Below are positions 20,757-29,181 of a DNA stretch of 35,723 nucleotides, in pieces. Below the pieces are notes generated by a model, which saw only the letters and a program-made list of their open reading frames with translations, was not told the origin of the DNA and searched no databases. Each line of letters starts with the position of its first letter. The stretch's first letter is position 1. The translations under genes were made by a program, and so were the position numbers. The stretch lies in the sequence record DRR723986_8435, one strand, 5' to 3'.

Positions 20757-22325
20757 TCAATCCTTTGTCACCTTAGACCCCCACCAATCTGCATTAGGAG
20801 TATATCCTGGGCTAAGCATATTCACTCGCTCTGCTTCCAAATTTGGCATTCTTACATTCTTATTTTTATCCAAGACTTCCTGATGCAAGGCTGCATTATA
20901 TTCAGGATCATCCATTGGCTGATTTGCACCGGTTTGAGACAAGTATTTCAACAAATCTGCAGTAAGTCTTTTAGTCACTTTAGGATTTTGAAGAGCCAAA
21001 TTTTTCTGCTCGCTAGGGTCTATGGCCAGGTCATACAACTCCACACTTTTATCCTCCCAATAATAGATCAATTTCCAATTTCCCTCACGCACAATAGAAC
21101 TTGGATCTCCACCTTGATTTCCGTAGTGCGGGTAGTGCCAATAAAGCTGACGGGCAGCAATTTTCTTGTCTTCCATCGCAGGAGCTAAACTTACTCCTTC
21201 AATTTCCAATCCAGCAGGCATCTTCACATTTGCAAGTCCCAAAAGAGTAGGGTAAAAATCTATCCCGCTGACAGGAACATCTAACGTGATCAATTCCTTC
21301 TGTCCTGGGACTTTGATGAAATACGGCACGCGTAGGCCACCTTCCCACTGATATCCTTTGCCGCCTCTTAGCGGAAAATTTGAAGTGGAAAAGGCATCTC
21401 CAGACGCTACTCCGCCGTGATCTGAGGTAAATACGATAATGGTATTTTCATCCAAACCTGCTTTCGCCAAAGCTGCAGTCACTACTCCCACTGCATCATC
21501 CATGGCCTCCACTAGTCCTGCATAGACTGGATTATCCTGATACTTCCGGATCGGAAGTCTCCTTTCCATTTCAAATCCATGATCAGCTATCCCTAAAGCC
21601 TCAGCCTTTGCTCTATACTTTGCCCATTTTTCTTCAGTAGTCTGAATAGGTCCGTGAACTGCATAAAAAGACAACATGGCAAAAAACGGTTTCTCATGCG
21701 CTTGACCAATAAACTTGGCCGTTTCTGTTGCAAGACGCATACTTAGATTTTCACCATCAGGTCCTTGCTCCAATTTGGGGTTTTCGTAGGGAGCAAAATA
21801 TCCACCTTTTGGGCTCCCGGCTTCGAAACCTCCAATATTGGTTTGGAAACCATGATCTTCAGGATAAGAACCTTCGCCTCCCAAATGCCACTTGCCCGCA
21901 AAAAATGTCTCATAACCCGAATCTCTCAATGCCTCAGGGAGCGTCACATACGATGCCGGCAAATCATGTGAATAAGTAGGTGGCAAAAGCTTGGTATGCC
22001 TACCGTAATCTCTCCAAGCCTCCCCTTCCGGTGCCCCTATCCAATCTGTAATCTTGTGAACCGCAGGAGTTACACCAGTCATAATACTGGCTCTAGCTGG
22101 ACTGCAAACAGGCGAAGCGGTATATCCTTGAACAAATTGATAGGAATGGGAAGCTAGCGCGTCAATATTCGGAGTTTCATAGTAGTTGCTTCCTGTCACA
22201 CTGAGGTCATGATAACCTAAATCGTCCACTAGGATAAATACAATATTGGGCTTGTCAGCAGATTGGGCAAAAGCCTGATAAAATCCGAGCAAAAGCCCAG
22301 CCACAGGTAGTAATTTCTTCAGCAT
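20757..22325 (-). CDS. Exported formylglycine-dependent (S1) sulfatase
   Basis: Signal peptide ending AFA; PNIVFILVDDLG; CSPARASIMTG; GKWHLG; SDHGG; GGKGYQWEGGLRVP. Confidence 0.94.
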   Translation of the reverse strand: MLKKLLPVAGLLLGFYQAFAQSADKPNIVFILVDDLGYHDLSVTGSNYYETPNIDALASHSYQFVQGYTASPVCSPARASIMTGVTPAVHKITDWIGAPEGEAWRDYGRHTKLLPPTYSHDLPASYVTLPEALRDSGYETFFAGKWHLGGEGSYPEDHGFQTNIGGFEAGSPKGGYFAPYENPKLEQGPDGENLSMRLATETAKFIGQAHEKPFFAMLSFYAVHGPIQTTEEKWAKYRAKAEALGIADHGFEMERRLPIRKYQDNPVYAGLVEAMDDAVGVVTAALAKAGLDENTIIVFTSDHGGVASGDAFSTSNFPLRGGKGYQWEGGLRVPYFIKVPGQKELITLDVPVSGIDFYPTLLGLANVKMPAGLEIEGVSLAPAMEDKKIAARQLYWHYPHYGNQGGDPSSIVREGNWKLIYYWEDKSVELYDLAIDPSEQKNLALQNPKVTKRLTADLLKYLSQTGANQPMDDPEYNAALHQEVLDKNKNVRMPNLEAERVNMLSPGYTPNADWWGSKVTKD

Positions 22326-22380
22326 TGGAAGGTATTGTTATTTGAAGAAACTAAGATGGTCAAGAAGATTTAAAATCAAA

Positions 22381-22496
22381 AAAGTAATGTGATGGTTGGA
22401 AGGGGAAAGTGTGGTTAGTTGGCAGTCACAGTCACAGTCGCAGTGTATCAGATTATTGATGAACTGATCACTGCGACTGCCTTCTGAAAACTGACT
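22381..22496. repeat. Octamer-like and CAGT-type short repeats forming an inverted repeat
   Basis: ggcagt cacagt cacagt cgcagt; cagtcgcagtg (22435-22445) pairs with cactgcgactg (22469-22479); a gttggaag..aagtgtgg block is complementary to 20681-20693. Confidence 0.72.
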
Positions 22497-22497
22497 A

Positions 22498-24186
22498 TTA
22501 CTTGCTAGCTCCTATTTTCTCCAAATGTGCTTCTTTAATCTTTCTTCTCAGGATCTTGCCCACATTGGACTTTGGTAGTTCGTCTGTGAAATGAACCTCC
22601 TTAGGGCATTTGTAATTAGTGAGGTATTCATGACAATGTGAAATGATTTGTTCTTTAGTGATTGACTTGTCTTTGGCCACCACGTATGCTACTACTCGCT
22701 CAGTGGACTTTTCATCAGGAATCCCGATCACCCCGACTTCCAATACACCCGGAAAAGATGCAATGGCATCTTCTACTTCATTTGGATAAACATTGAATCC
22801 AGAAACAAGAATCATCTCTTTCTTTCTATCAACTATCTTGGTGAAGCCGTCCTTGTCCATCACTCCTATATCTCCAGTTTTGAACCATTCGCCCAACATT
22901 ACTTCAGCTGTTTCTTTTGGCTTATGCCAATAGCCTTTCATAACCTGGGGACCTTTGATGCATATTTCTCCACGCTCGCCTACTGGAAGTGTATTCCCTT
23001 CATCGTCTATGACCATCATATCTGTATTCGGAAGTGGAATCCCTATGGTACCATTTCTCTCAGTACCATCGATAGGATTGCAGGAGGCTACAGGGGAGGT
23101 TTCTGTAAGGCCATAGCCTTCGGCTAAAGGTGTTCCTGTCACCGAAAGCCACTTTTCTGCTGTTGCTTTTTGAACCGCCATGCCCCCACCCACTGATATT
23201 TTCAAACTGCTAAAATCTAATGCTCTGAATGATTCTTGGTTCAATAGTCCATTAAATAGCGTATTCACTCCAGTAAAAACGGTAAACTTCTTTTTGGATA
23301 AATCCTTACAAAAAGCTGGCATATCCCGAGGATTGGTAATCAGAAGATTATGTGCTCCAATTTTTAGCATCGCGAGACAATTCACTGTTAAGGCAAAAAT
23401 ATGATAAAGGGGTAAAGCCGTAATTACTATTTCCTCGCTCTCTTTCAGCTTCGGCTTCATCCATGCAGAGATCTGTTGCATATTTGCCACGATATTTCCA
23501 TGGGTTAACTCAGCACCTTTGGAAACACCGGTAGTTCCGCCTGTATATTGGAGAAAAGCGGTGTCTTCTAAACTAAGTTCTACTGGTTTAAATTTATGAT
23601 TGGCACCTTGAGCCAAGGCTGATTTAAAGGAAACGGCCTTTGGAATAGAAAATGGCGGCACCAGTTTTTTAATATATTTAACTACTAGGTTGACGATGGT
23701 TCCCTTAAGCCCTCCAAGTAGATCCCCGAGTTCTGTTACGATGACATGTTTTGCAGGAATATCATCTAAAATTTTCTCTAGGTTGTCAGCAAAATTTGCT
23801 ACGATAATAATTAATTCAGCTCCGGAATCTTTGAATTGATGCTTCATTTCCGAAGAAGTGTACAAAGGATTGGTATTTACCACAATCATCCCTGCACGAA
23901 TTGCCCCAAACATTGCGACTGGATACTGCAGGGTATTCGGCATCTGAATAGCCACGCGAGTCCCTTTTTTGAGCCGTAGCACCTGTGTTAAATAGCAGGC
24001 AAAATCCTCACTAAGTTTATTTAACTTATTGAACGACATCGTTTTCCCCATGCATTCATAAGCAACTGCATCACCGTATTTTTTTACACTTTCCTCAAAA
24101 AGCTCTGCCACACTTGAATAAGCTTCGCAATCAACTTCAGTTGGAACAGATTCTGGGTAATGCTTAAACCAGGGAAAATCCTTCAT
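22498..24186 (-). CDS. fadD: Long-chain-fatty-acid--CoA ligase
   Basis: AMP-binding motif LQYTGGTTGVSKG; EGYGLTETSP; TGDIG; VDRKKEMILVSGFNVYPNE; PKSNVGKILR. Confidence 0.92.
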   Translation of the reverse strand: MKDFPWFKHYPESVPTEVDCEAYSSVAELFEESVKKYGDAVAYECMGKTMSFNKLNKLSEDFACYLTQVLRLKKGTRVAIQMPNTLQYPVAMFGAIRAGMIVVNTNPLYTSSEMKHQFKDSGAELIIIVANFADNLEKILDDIPAKHVIVTELGDLLGGLKGTIVNLVVKYIKKLVPPFSIPKAVSFKSALAQGANHKFKPVELSLEDTAFLQYTGGTTGVSKGAELTHGNIVANMQQISAWMKPKLKESEEIVITALPLYHIFALTVNCLAMLKIGAHNLLITNPRDMPAFCKDLSKKKFTVFTGVNTLFNGLLNQESFRALDFSSLKISVGGGMAVQKATAEKWLSVTGTPLAEGYGLTETSPVASCNPIDGTERNGTIGIPLPNTDMMVIDDEGNTLPVGERGEICIKGPQVMKGYWHKPKETAEVMLGEWFKTGDIGVMDKDGFTKIVDRKKEMILVSGFNVYPNEVEDAIASFPGVLEVGVIGIPDEKSTERVVAYVVAKDKSITKEQIISHCHEYLTNYKCPKEVHFTDELPKSNVGKILRRKIKEAHLEKIGASK

Positions 24187-24259
24187 AATTTCAGTTATTG
24201 TTGGGTGTATCTTTTCTTGAATTAATTAAAATCTTGGGATAGGTCAAAAGAATTCTATT

Positions 24260-25417
24260 CTATTTCAGAATTTTTCTTGCGATCAACTCTTTCATTATCT
24301 CGTTGGTTCCTGCATAAATTCGCTGAACTCGAGCATCTGCATAAGCTCTGGCGACCCCATAATCCCACATATACCCATATCCTCCATGAAGCTGCACACA
24401 TTCATCGGCAACTTTACATTGCAGCTCTGTCATATTGTATTTAGCTGCTGAAGCCATCGCCGAATCCAATTGGCCATCATTGTGAAGCTGAACCAAATAG
24501 TCGCAGTAAATCCTCCCTTGCTCGAGTGCCGCACACATTTCCGCCAGTTTGAAGCGGGTGTTTTGAAAATCTGAAATGGACTGATTGAACGCTTTTCGTT
24601 GCTTTACATAAGTAACAGTCTCTTGAAGCATGTATTCTCCTAATGCAATCGCCGCCAAAGCCACCACAAGGCGCTCCTGTGCGAGCTCAGTCATCAAGTA
24701 TTTAAATCCTTCTCCTTCTTGACCTAGCAAGTTCTCTTTTGGCACAATTACGTCTTCAAAAAACAACTCACAGGTATCCTGAGCATGCAGTCCAACCTTT
24801 TCAAAAGGAAGTCCTTTTGTATAACCCTTCATAGAATTATCCATAAGCAGCAAGCTAATTCCTTTTGCACCTTTCTTAGGATCAGTCTTTACAGCAACTA
24901 CCACCACATCAGATAAATAGCCGTTGGTGATAAAGGTTTTGCTTCCATTGACTAAGTAAAAATCCCCCTGATCTATTGCGCTGGTACTGATGCCCTGCAG
25001 ATCACTTCCCGCTCCAGGTTCGGTCATTGCTACTGCACCTATGTACTCACCGGCCACCATTTTAGGGATGTATTTTTCCTTGGCTTTTTCTGTTCCAAAA
25101 TGCAGAATGTAGGGCATCACTATATCATTATGAAGTGGATATCCTATGGCTGGGGCAGAGCAACCACTTAGCCCAAGTTCCTCAATAAAGATCGCGTTGT
25201 ATCTAAAATCAAGGATATTCATTCCTCCCAAGTGCTCAGGAGCTTGTATGCCGAGAAACCCACTTTCTCCGAGTTTGCGCCAACTTTCCCTTGAAACCAT
25301 TTTTTTCTTCTCCCATTCGGCATTGAAAGGGGTAATTTCTTTGGCAATAAAATCTCTTACACTGGCTCTGAATAGTTCATGCTCTTCAGTAAAAAGTGTT
25401 CGGGGTAATCCAAACAT
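24260..25417 (-). CDS. Acyl-CoA dehydrogenase
   Basis: AMTEPGAGSDL, NGSKTFITNG, QLHGGYGY and RIYAGTNEIMK motifs. Confidence 0.94.
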   Translation of the reverse strand: MFGLPRTLFTEEHELFRASVRDFIAKEITPFNAEWEKKKMVSRESWRKLGESGFLGIQAPEHLGGMNILDFRYNAIFIEELGLSGCSAPAIGYPLHNDIVMPYILHFGTEKAKEKYIPKMVAGEYIGAVAMTEPGAGSDLQGISTSAIDQGDFYLVNGSKTFITNGYLSDVVVVAVKTDPKKGAKGISLLLMDNSMKGYTKGLPFEKVGLHAQDTCELFFEDVIVPKENLLGQEGEGFKYLMTELAQERLVVALAAIALGEYMLQETVTYVKQRKAFNQSISDFQNTRFKLAEMCAALEQGRIYCDYLVQLHNDGQLDSAMASAAKYNMTELQCKVADECVQLHGGYGYMWDYGVARAYADARVQRIYAGTNEIMKELIARKILK

Positions 25418-25447
25418 GGTATTTATATTTTAGGTTTTTACTCAAAT

Positions 25448-25455
25448 CAAAATTA
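25448..25455 (-). promoter_or_regulatory. Bacteroidota housekeeping promoter -7 element
   Basis: TAATTTTG on the minus strand matches TAnnTTTG, about 30 bp upstream of the acyl-CoA dehydrogenase start. Confidence 0.45.
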
Positions 25456-25589
25456 AGGATTTTTAGCCCTCGCATTTCTTTTTGTATTCAAAAAGACCTT
25501 TTGCTTTTCATTTTAGAACTTTTGCTAAACGGTGCCCAAGTGTTTAAACTTATTTATAGTTTCGATATTTGATATCTAAACGAATAGAA

Positions 25590-26555
25590 ATGACCGATCT
25601 AAGTGAGCTTTCCAGTCTTGAAACACTTCAATCGCTCCCACTATGGCTGGAAAATGAAAAGCTGGTGTCAACTGAGCCCGCCGGAGCAAGCAACATGAAT
25701 TTGGTTTTACGAGTGAAAACCAATTTAAGATCTGTCATCCTCAAGCAATCCAAACCTTACGTTAGAAAATTCCCCCAAATCCTCGCTCCAATTGAGCGAA
25801 TCGAAATTGAACTCTGCTACTACCAACTCATAGAAGATGATGAGATTTTAGCAGATTACAGCCCAAAAGTACTCCAATACAATCCTGATAACCATATTCT
25901 TTTGATCGAGGACCTTGGTAATGGAAAGGATTTCAGTGATATCTATGAGCTCGGCTACCACTGGAAACCCAATGATTTACGCTCAATCAGCAATTATCTG
26001 AACGCTTTGCACAACCTTGAAGTAAGTAATTTCCCGGCCAATCTGGATATGAAAAAACTAAACCATGAGCATCTTTTTCACTTCCCTTTTATGGAGGAAA
26101 ATGGATTTGATTTGGATACTATCCAGCCTGGATTGCAAGAAATTAGTATGAAGTATAAAACTGACGAGGAATTGAAAAGTGCTTTGGAACTTCTGGGAAA
26201 ACGCTATTTATCCCATGGAATCACTTTGCTTCATGGCGACTTTTATCCAGCTTCATGGCTAAAAACCGACAACGGAATCAAGTTCATTGATACTGAATTC
26301 GCTTATATGGGAGATTGCGAATTTGACTTGGGAGTCCTATTTGCGCATTTTGATCTTTCGAAAATGGATCAAAGACATCAGGAAGAGTTTCTGAAAAATT
26401 ACAAGCATAGCTATGTCGAGGACTTAGTCAATAGGTATCGCGGTATGGAAATCATGCGCCGGTTGATCGGAATTGCACAATTACCCTTATCACTTTCATT
26501 AGACGAAAAGGAATCACTTTTAGAGAAGGCAAAAAACTATATTTTGTCTTTATGA
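25590..26555 (+). CDS. APH/choline-kinase superfamily phosphotransferase, 5-methylthioribose kinase (MtnK)-like
   Basis: GASNMNLVLRV, ILKQSKPYVR, LHGDFYPAS and IDTEFAYMG parallel MtnK GDGNLN, KQALPY, HGDLHTGS and IDPEF. The ATG at 25590 is preferred over the TTG at 25569. Confidence 0.78.
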   Translation: MTDLSELSSLETLQSLPLWLENEKLVSTEPAGASNMNLVLRVKTNLRSVILKQSKPYVRKFPQILAPIERIEIELCYYQLIEDDEILADYSPKVLQYNPDNHILLIEDLGNGKDFSDIYELGYHWKPNDLRSISNYLNALHNLEVSNFPANLDMKKLNHEHLFHFPFMEENGFDLDTIQPGLQEISMKYKTDEELKSALELLGKRYLSHGITLLHGDFYPASWLKTDNGIKFIDTEFAYMGDCEFDLGVLFAHFDLSKMDQRHQEEFLKNYKHSYVEDLVNRYRGMEIMRRLIGIAQLPLSLSLDEKESLLEKAKNYILSL

Positions 26556-27802
26556 AAACCCTCTACCTCCTAGTTGTACTCACGCTTCTATTTTCTTCTT
26601 GCGGAGATAGAAAATCCTCTACTCCTGTACAGTTCACCGATCAAAAGATGCCTGAATTAGGGATGAGCGAAAAGCAATTGCATGACAAAATACTTGGTAT
26701 GCTGGTCGGCTCAGCTATTGGGGATGCAATGGGGGCTCCAACAGAAATGTGGGCCAGAGAGGAAATCAAACTTCAATATGGTTTTGTAGAGGGTTTGGAT
26801 TCTATGGTTAGGGAGGTTTCTCCTGAGGGAATTTGGATTGCTAATTTACCTTCAGGTGGGACTACTGACGATACACGATGGAAAGTTTTGACTTCACAGT
26901 ATTTGTTAACTCAGAATACCAAAGAGCTAGATGCGAAGGACTTTGCAAAGGAAATTTTATACACTTATGAATCCTATACTAAGGAATATAAAGAAATAGA
27001 AAGTACTGATCCAGAACCATTTGAATCAGTTTCCCTAAAGTTAGGATGGCTTCAAGAATGGGCTAAAGTGAGTCAGCCGTTTATCAATGAAAACTTAGTA
27101 GCCTATGCTGATTCTTTAGGGAAATTCTACGGAGGTGAGATGGTTTGTGCGGGCTTACTGTATGCGCCATCTTTAGGTACATTTTTTCCTGGAAATCCTG
27201 AAAAGGCATATAAGGAAGCCTATAATCTTTCATTCTATGATTTGGGCTACGCCAAAGATATTTCTGCTCAGGCAGCTGCTATGACCGCTGCTGGAATGAG
27301 CCCTGATGCTACCAAAGATGATTTGGTAGCATCCTTGCGATTGGATCCAGCGCACTACTTCGAAAGCCGTCTAGTAGGTAGAACAGCCTATACCATCCTA
27401 AAAAATGCACGGTGGATCTCTGCTGAATCGGCTAAACAAGATAGTCTCGGAAATCAGGTAATTGAGGAGAGTAAAGCATTAGAATATGCATATTCCCAAC
27501 TTGATCAGAGGCTACAAGATATGCCTTTTCATGCTGGAGAAATTTGGTTGCAAACACTGACAGCAATGATCTATGCTGACTTTGATTTCATGGGTACACT
27601 TATCTTTCTGGTCAATTATGGTAGAGATAACGATACCACAGCTGCCCTAGCTGGGGGTATTTTGGGAGCTCACTATGGTTTTGAAAAGTTACCTAAACTG
27701 GAGCGGGAAAAAGTCCTCAGCGTGAATAAAAACCTTCTTGGTATTGATTTAATGCAAATCTCAAATGAGCTGACAGCGCATATGCTGGAGAGGTTTGAAT
27801 AA
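26552..27802 (+). CDS. ADP-ribosylglycohydrolase (ARH/DraG) family lipoprotein
   Basis: Lipobox LFSSC; GSAIGDAMG, TTDDT and GRDNDTTAALAG metal-binding motifs; ATGA overlap with the kinase. Confidence 0.88.
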   Translation: MKTLYLLVVLTLLFSSCGDRKSSTPVQFTDQKMPELGMSEKQLHDKILGMLVGSAIGDAMGAPTEMWAREEIKLQYGFVEGLDSMVREVSPEGIWIANLPSGGTTDDTRWKVLTSQYLLTQNTKELDAKDFAKEILYTYESYTKEYKEIESTDPEPFESVSLKLGWLQEWAKVSQPFINENLVAYADSLGKFYGGEMVCAGLLYAPSLGTFFPGNPEKAYKEAYNLSFYDLGYAKDISAQAAAMTAAGMSPDATKDDLVASLRLDPAHYFESRLVGRTAYTILKNARWISAESAKQDSLGNQVIEESKALEYAYSQLDQRLQDMPFHAGEIWLQTLTAMIYADFDFMGTLIFLVNYGRDNDTTAALAGGILGAHYGFEKLPKLEREKVLSVNKNLLGIDLMQISNELTAHMLERFE

Positions 27803-27910
27803 TCAATTTTCAATGTTCAAACGCAATGATCAAAAGTTTCTAGGGCCTTTGTTGGCTTTGATTCTTTTGCTTTACAAGAATATTTACCGCAAAGTATCAA
27901 AGAAATCAAA
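27803..27910. repeat. Heptamer repeats plus an imperfect inverted repeat downstream of the ARH gene
   Basis: tcaattt tcaatgt tcaaacg caatga tcaaa; then tttgattcttttg..caaagaaatcaaa (about 27857-27910). Confidence 0.45.
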
Positions 27911-28161
27911 ATCTTAAATTCAGAATTGATTTGATGAAGCACCTTTACATTTATGTTTTTCTATGATTCAATATGGTGTAAAGAAACTCGCATTAATCTG
28001 GCATTCACCTAGGAAGATGAAAGTGGTCAATCGCGCTTACATTCGGCACTTAGGACTGCAATGCCGTAATTCCAAGCCGGTAGACCTGAAGATTCGAACC
28101 AAATAAGTAGTATGCTCCCGCGCAATTCTCGGTGACCACTATGGTTAGACAGGACTTTCAC

Positions 28162-28190
28162 AAAAAAGCCCCGAATCAACGATTCAGGGC
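28162..28190 (-). terminator. Rho-independent terminator of the secreted-protein gene
   Basis: Minus strand gccctgaatc-gtt-gattcggggc followed by T6. Confidence 0.85.
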
Positions 28191-28218
28191 CTGTGCACAA
28201 AGGAAGTTGGTTTAGAAT

Positions 28219-28800
28219 TCAAAAGTAAATTTGACGAGTTCTTCCTGTTGCGTCTGTCACTTCGAAATAAACATCCTCTGGATCAAGACCGTTTAATTTG
28301 TAATTTTTTTTGAATCCTTCAGTTTGATTTACTATTTCTTCGTGAACAATTCTATCGTTAGTCACTCTTTTGATTTTGACTTCGGTTCCTGCTTGATCTA
28401 ATCCAATTACAAGCAGATTGATTGTGTTTTCATCTACTTTCTTCCCGTAAGCCATTAAAGGTAATGCTTCAACAGGCTTTTCTTTCTCGACTGTCTCAAC
28501 TGTATAGGTCACTTCTTCCTCGTCAGTTGTTATCATTACCTTATACTCCGCGCAAGGAAGACTGTTCATGTCATAAGGAACCAATAAGTCTTCATTAGCT
28601 TTAACTTTACGAGAATGCAGTTTCTTACCATTCATATCATAAATGGCGATTTTTGCTTTACCCACGCCTTCATTAAGGAGTACAGAGATTTTCTTGTAGT
28701 TCGTATGAACTGATGAATTTGCTTTTAAATCTTCAGCGTCATTAGCAAAAGTACTGGTAGCTAAAAGTCCGGCTAGTGCGAAAGTGAATAGAGTTTTCAT
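28219..28800 (-). CDS. Secreted hypothetical protein with two small beta-sandwich repeats (T9SS-CTD/DUF3244-like)
   Basis: Signal peptide MKTLFTFALAGLLATSTFA; IAIYDMNGKKL..Y.L..L...Y pattern, loosely repeated; own terminator. Confidence 0.75.
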   Translation of the reverse strand: MKTLFTFALAGLLATSTFANDAEDLKANSSVHTNYKKISVLLNEGVGKAKIAIYDMNGKKLHSRKVKANEDLLVPYDMNSLPCAEYKVMITTDEEEVTYTVETVEKEKPVEALPLMAYGKKVDENTINLLVIGLDQAGTEVKIKRVTNDRIVHEEIVNQTEGFKKNYKLNGLDPEDVYFEVTDATGRTRQIYF

Positions 28801-28834
28801 AATAATGTTGGTTTAGAGTTATGCTTCTGCTAGT

Positions 28835-28850
28835 TGCGAACGGCATACCA
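28835..28850 (-). promoter_or_regulatory. Candidate sigma-54 -24/-12 promoter
   Basis: Minus strand TGGTATGCCGTTCGCA has exact GG-N10-GC spacing, about 35 bp upstream of the ATG at 28800. Confidence 0.55.
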
Positions 28851-29109
28851 ACTGTGCCATAAGGGCCTTTTCTACCCTACTTGAGGCACATTCTTATTTA
28901 CAAAAATTAACATTTATACAAAATTAAATTTGGCACACTATCGATTTCCAGCAGTATAACTGTATGAAAAGTGATCGATTTGGAATCAATATGTATTGCA
29001 TCCGAACATATTAGTCCAGATTTGAAAAAATTCCAGGTTACACATTATTACATCTGTTAGTAAAAATTAATTTTTCGAAAAATTGTAAGTGTCTGAAATC
29101 AACAATTTT

Positions 29110-29142
29110 AAAAAACAAAAACCTGTACGCAGGTGTACAGGT
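29110..29142 (-). terminator. Probable terminator of the pncB-pncA-thioesterase transcript (overlaps a TGT-N10-ACA site)
   Basis: acctgtac-gcaggt-gtacaggt stem preceded on + by an A-rich tract. Confidence 0.55.
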
Positions 29143-29181
29143 CTTGTTCGCTGAGATACATTATTTTGATCTATATCAAAT

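Noticed and set aside
20681..22496. Short repeat arrays as CRISPR or IS ends
   Set aside because: Units are 6-8 bp, degenerate and contiguous without spacers; no cas or transposase gene is present.
26552..27802. ARH gene as antitoxin of an ADP-ribosylating toxin or defence system
   Set aside because: No ADP-ribosyltransferase or toxin gene is adjacent, and the lipoprotein signal and sugar-kinase partner favour a metabolic role.
28091..28100. Minus-strand GGTTCGAATC resembling a tRNA T-loop
   Set aside because: Flanks do not form a T-stem, and no acceptor, D or anticodon arms can be built.
28852..28945. Two TGGCAC hexamers (minus 28854-28859; plus 28931-28936) as sigma-54 promoters
   Set aside because: Neither has GC at the required N10 spacing, and the plus-strand one points at no gene start.
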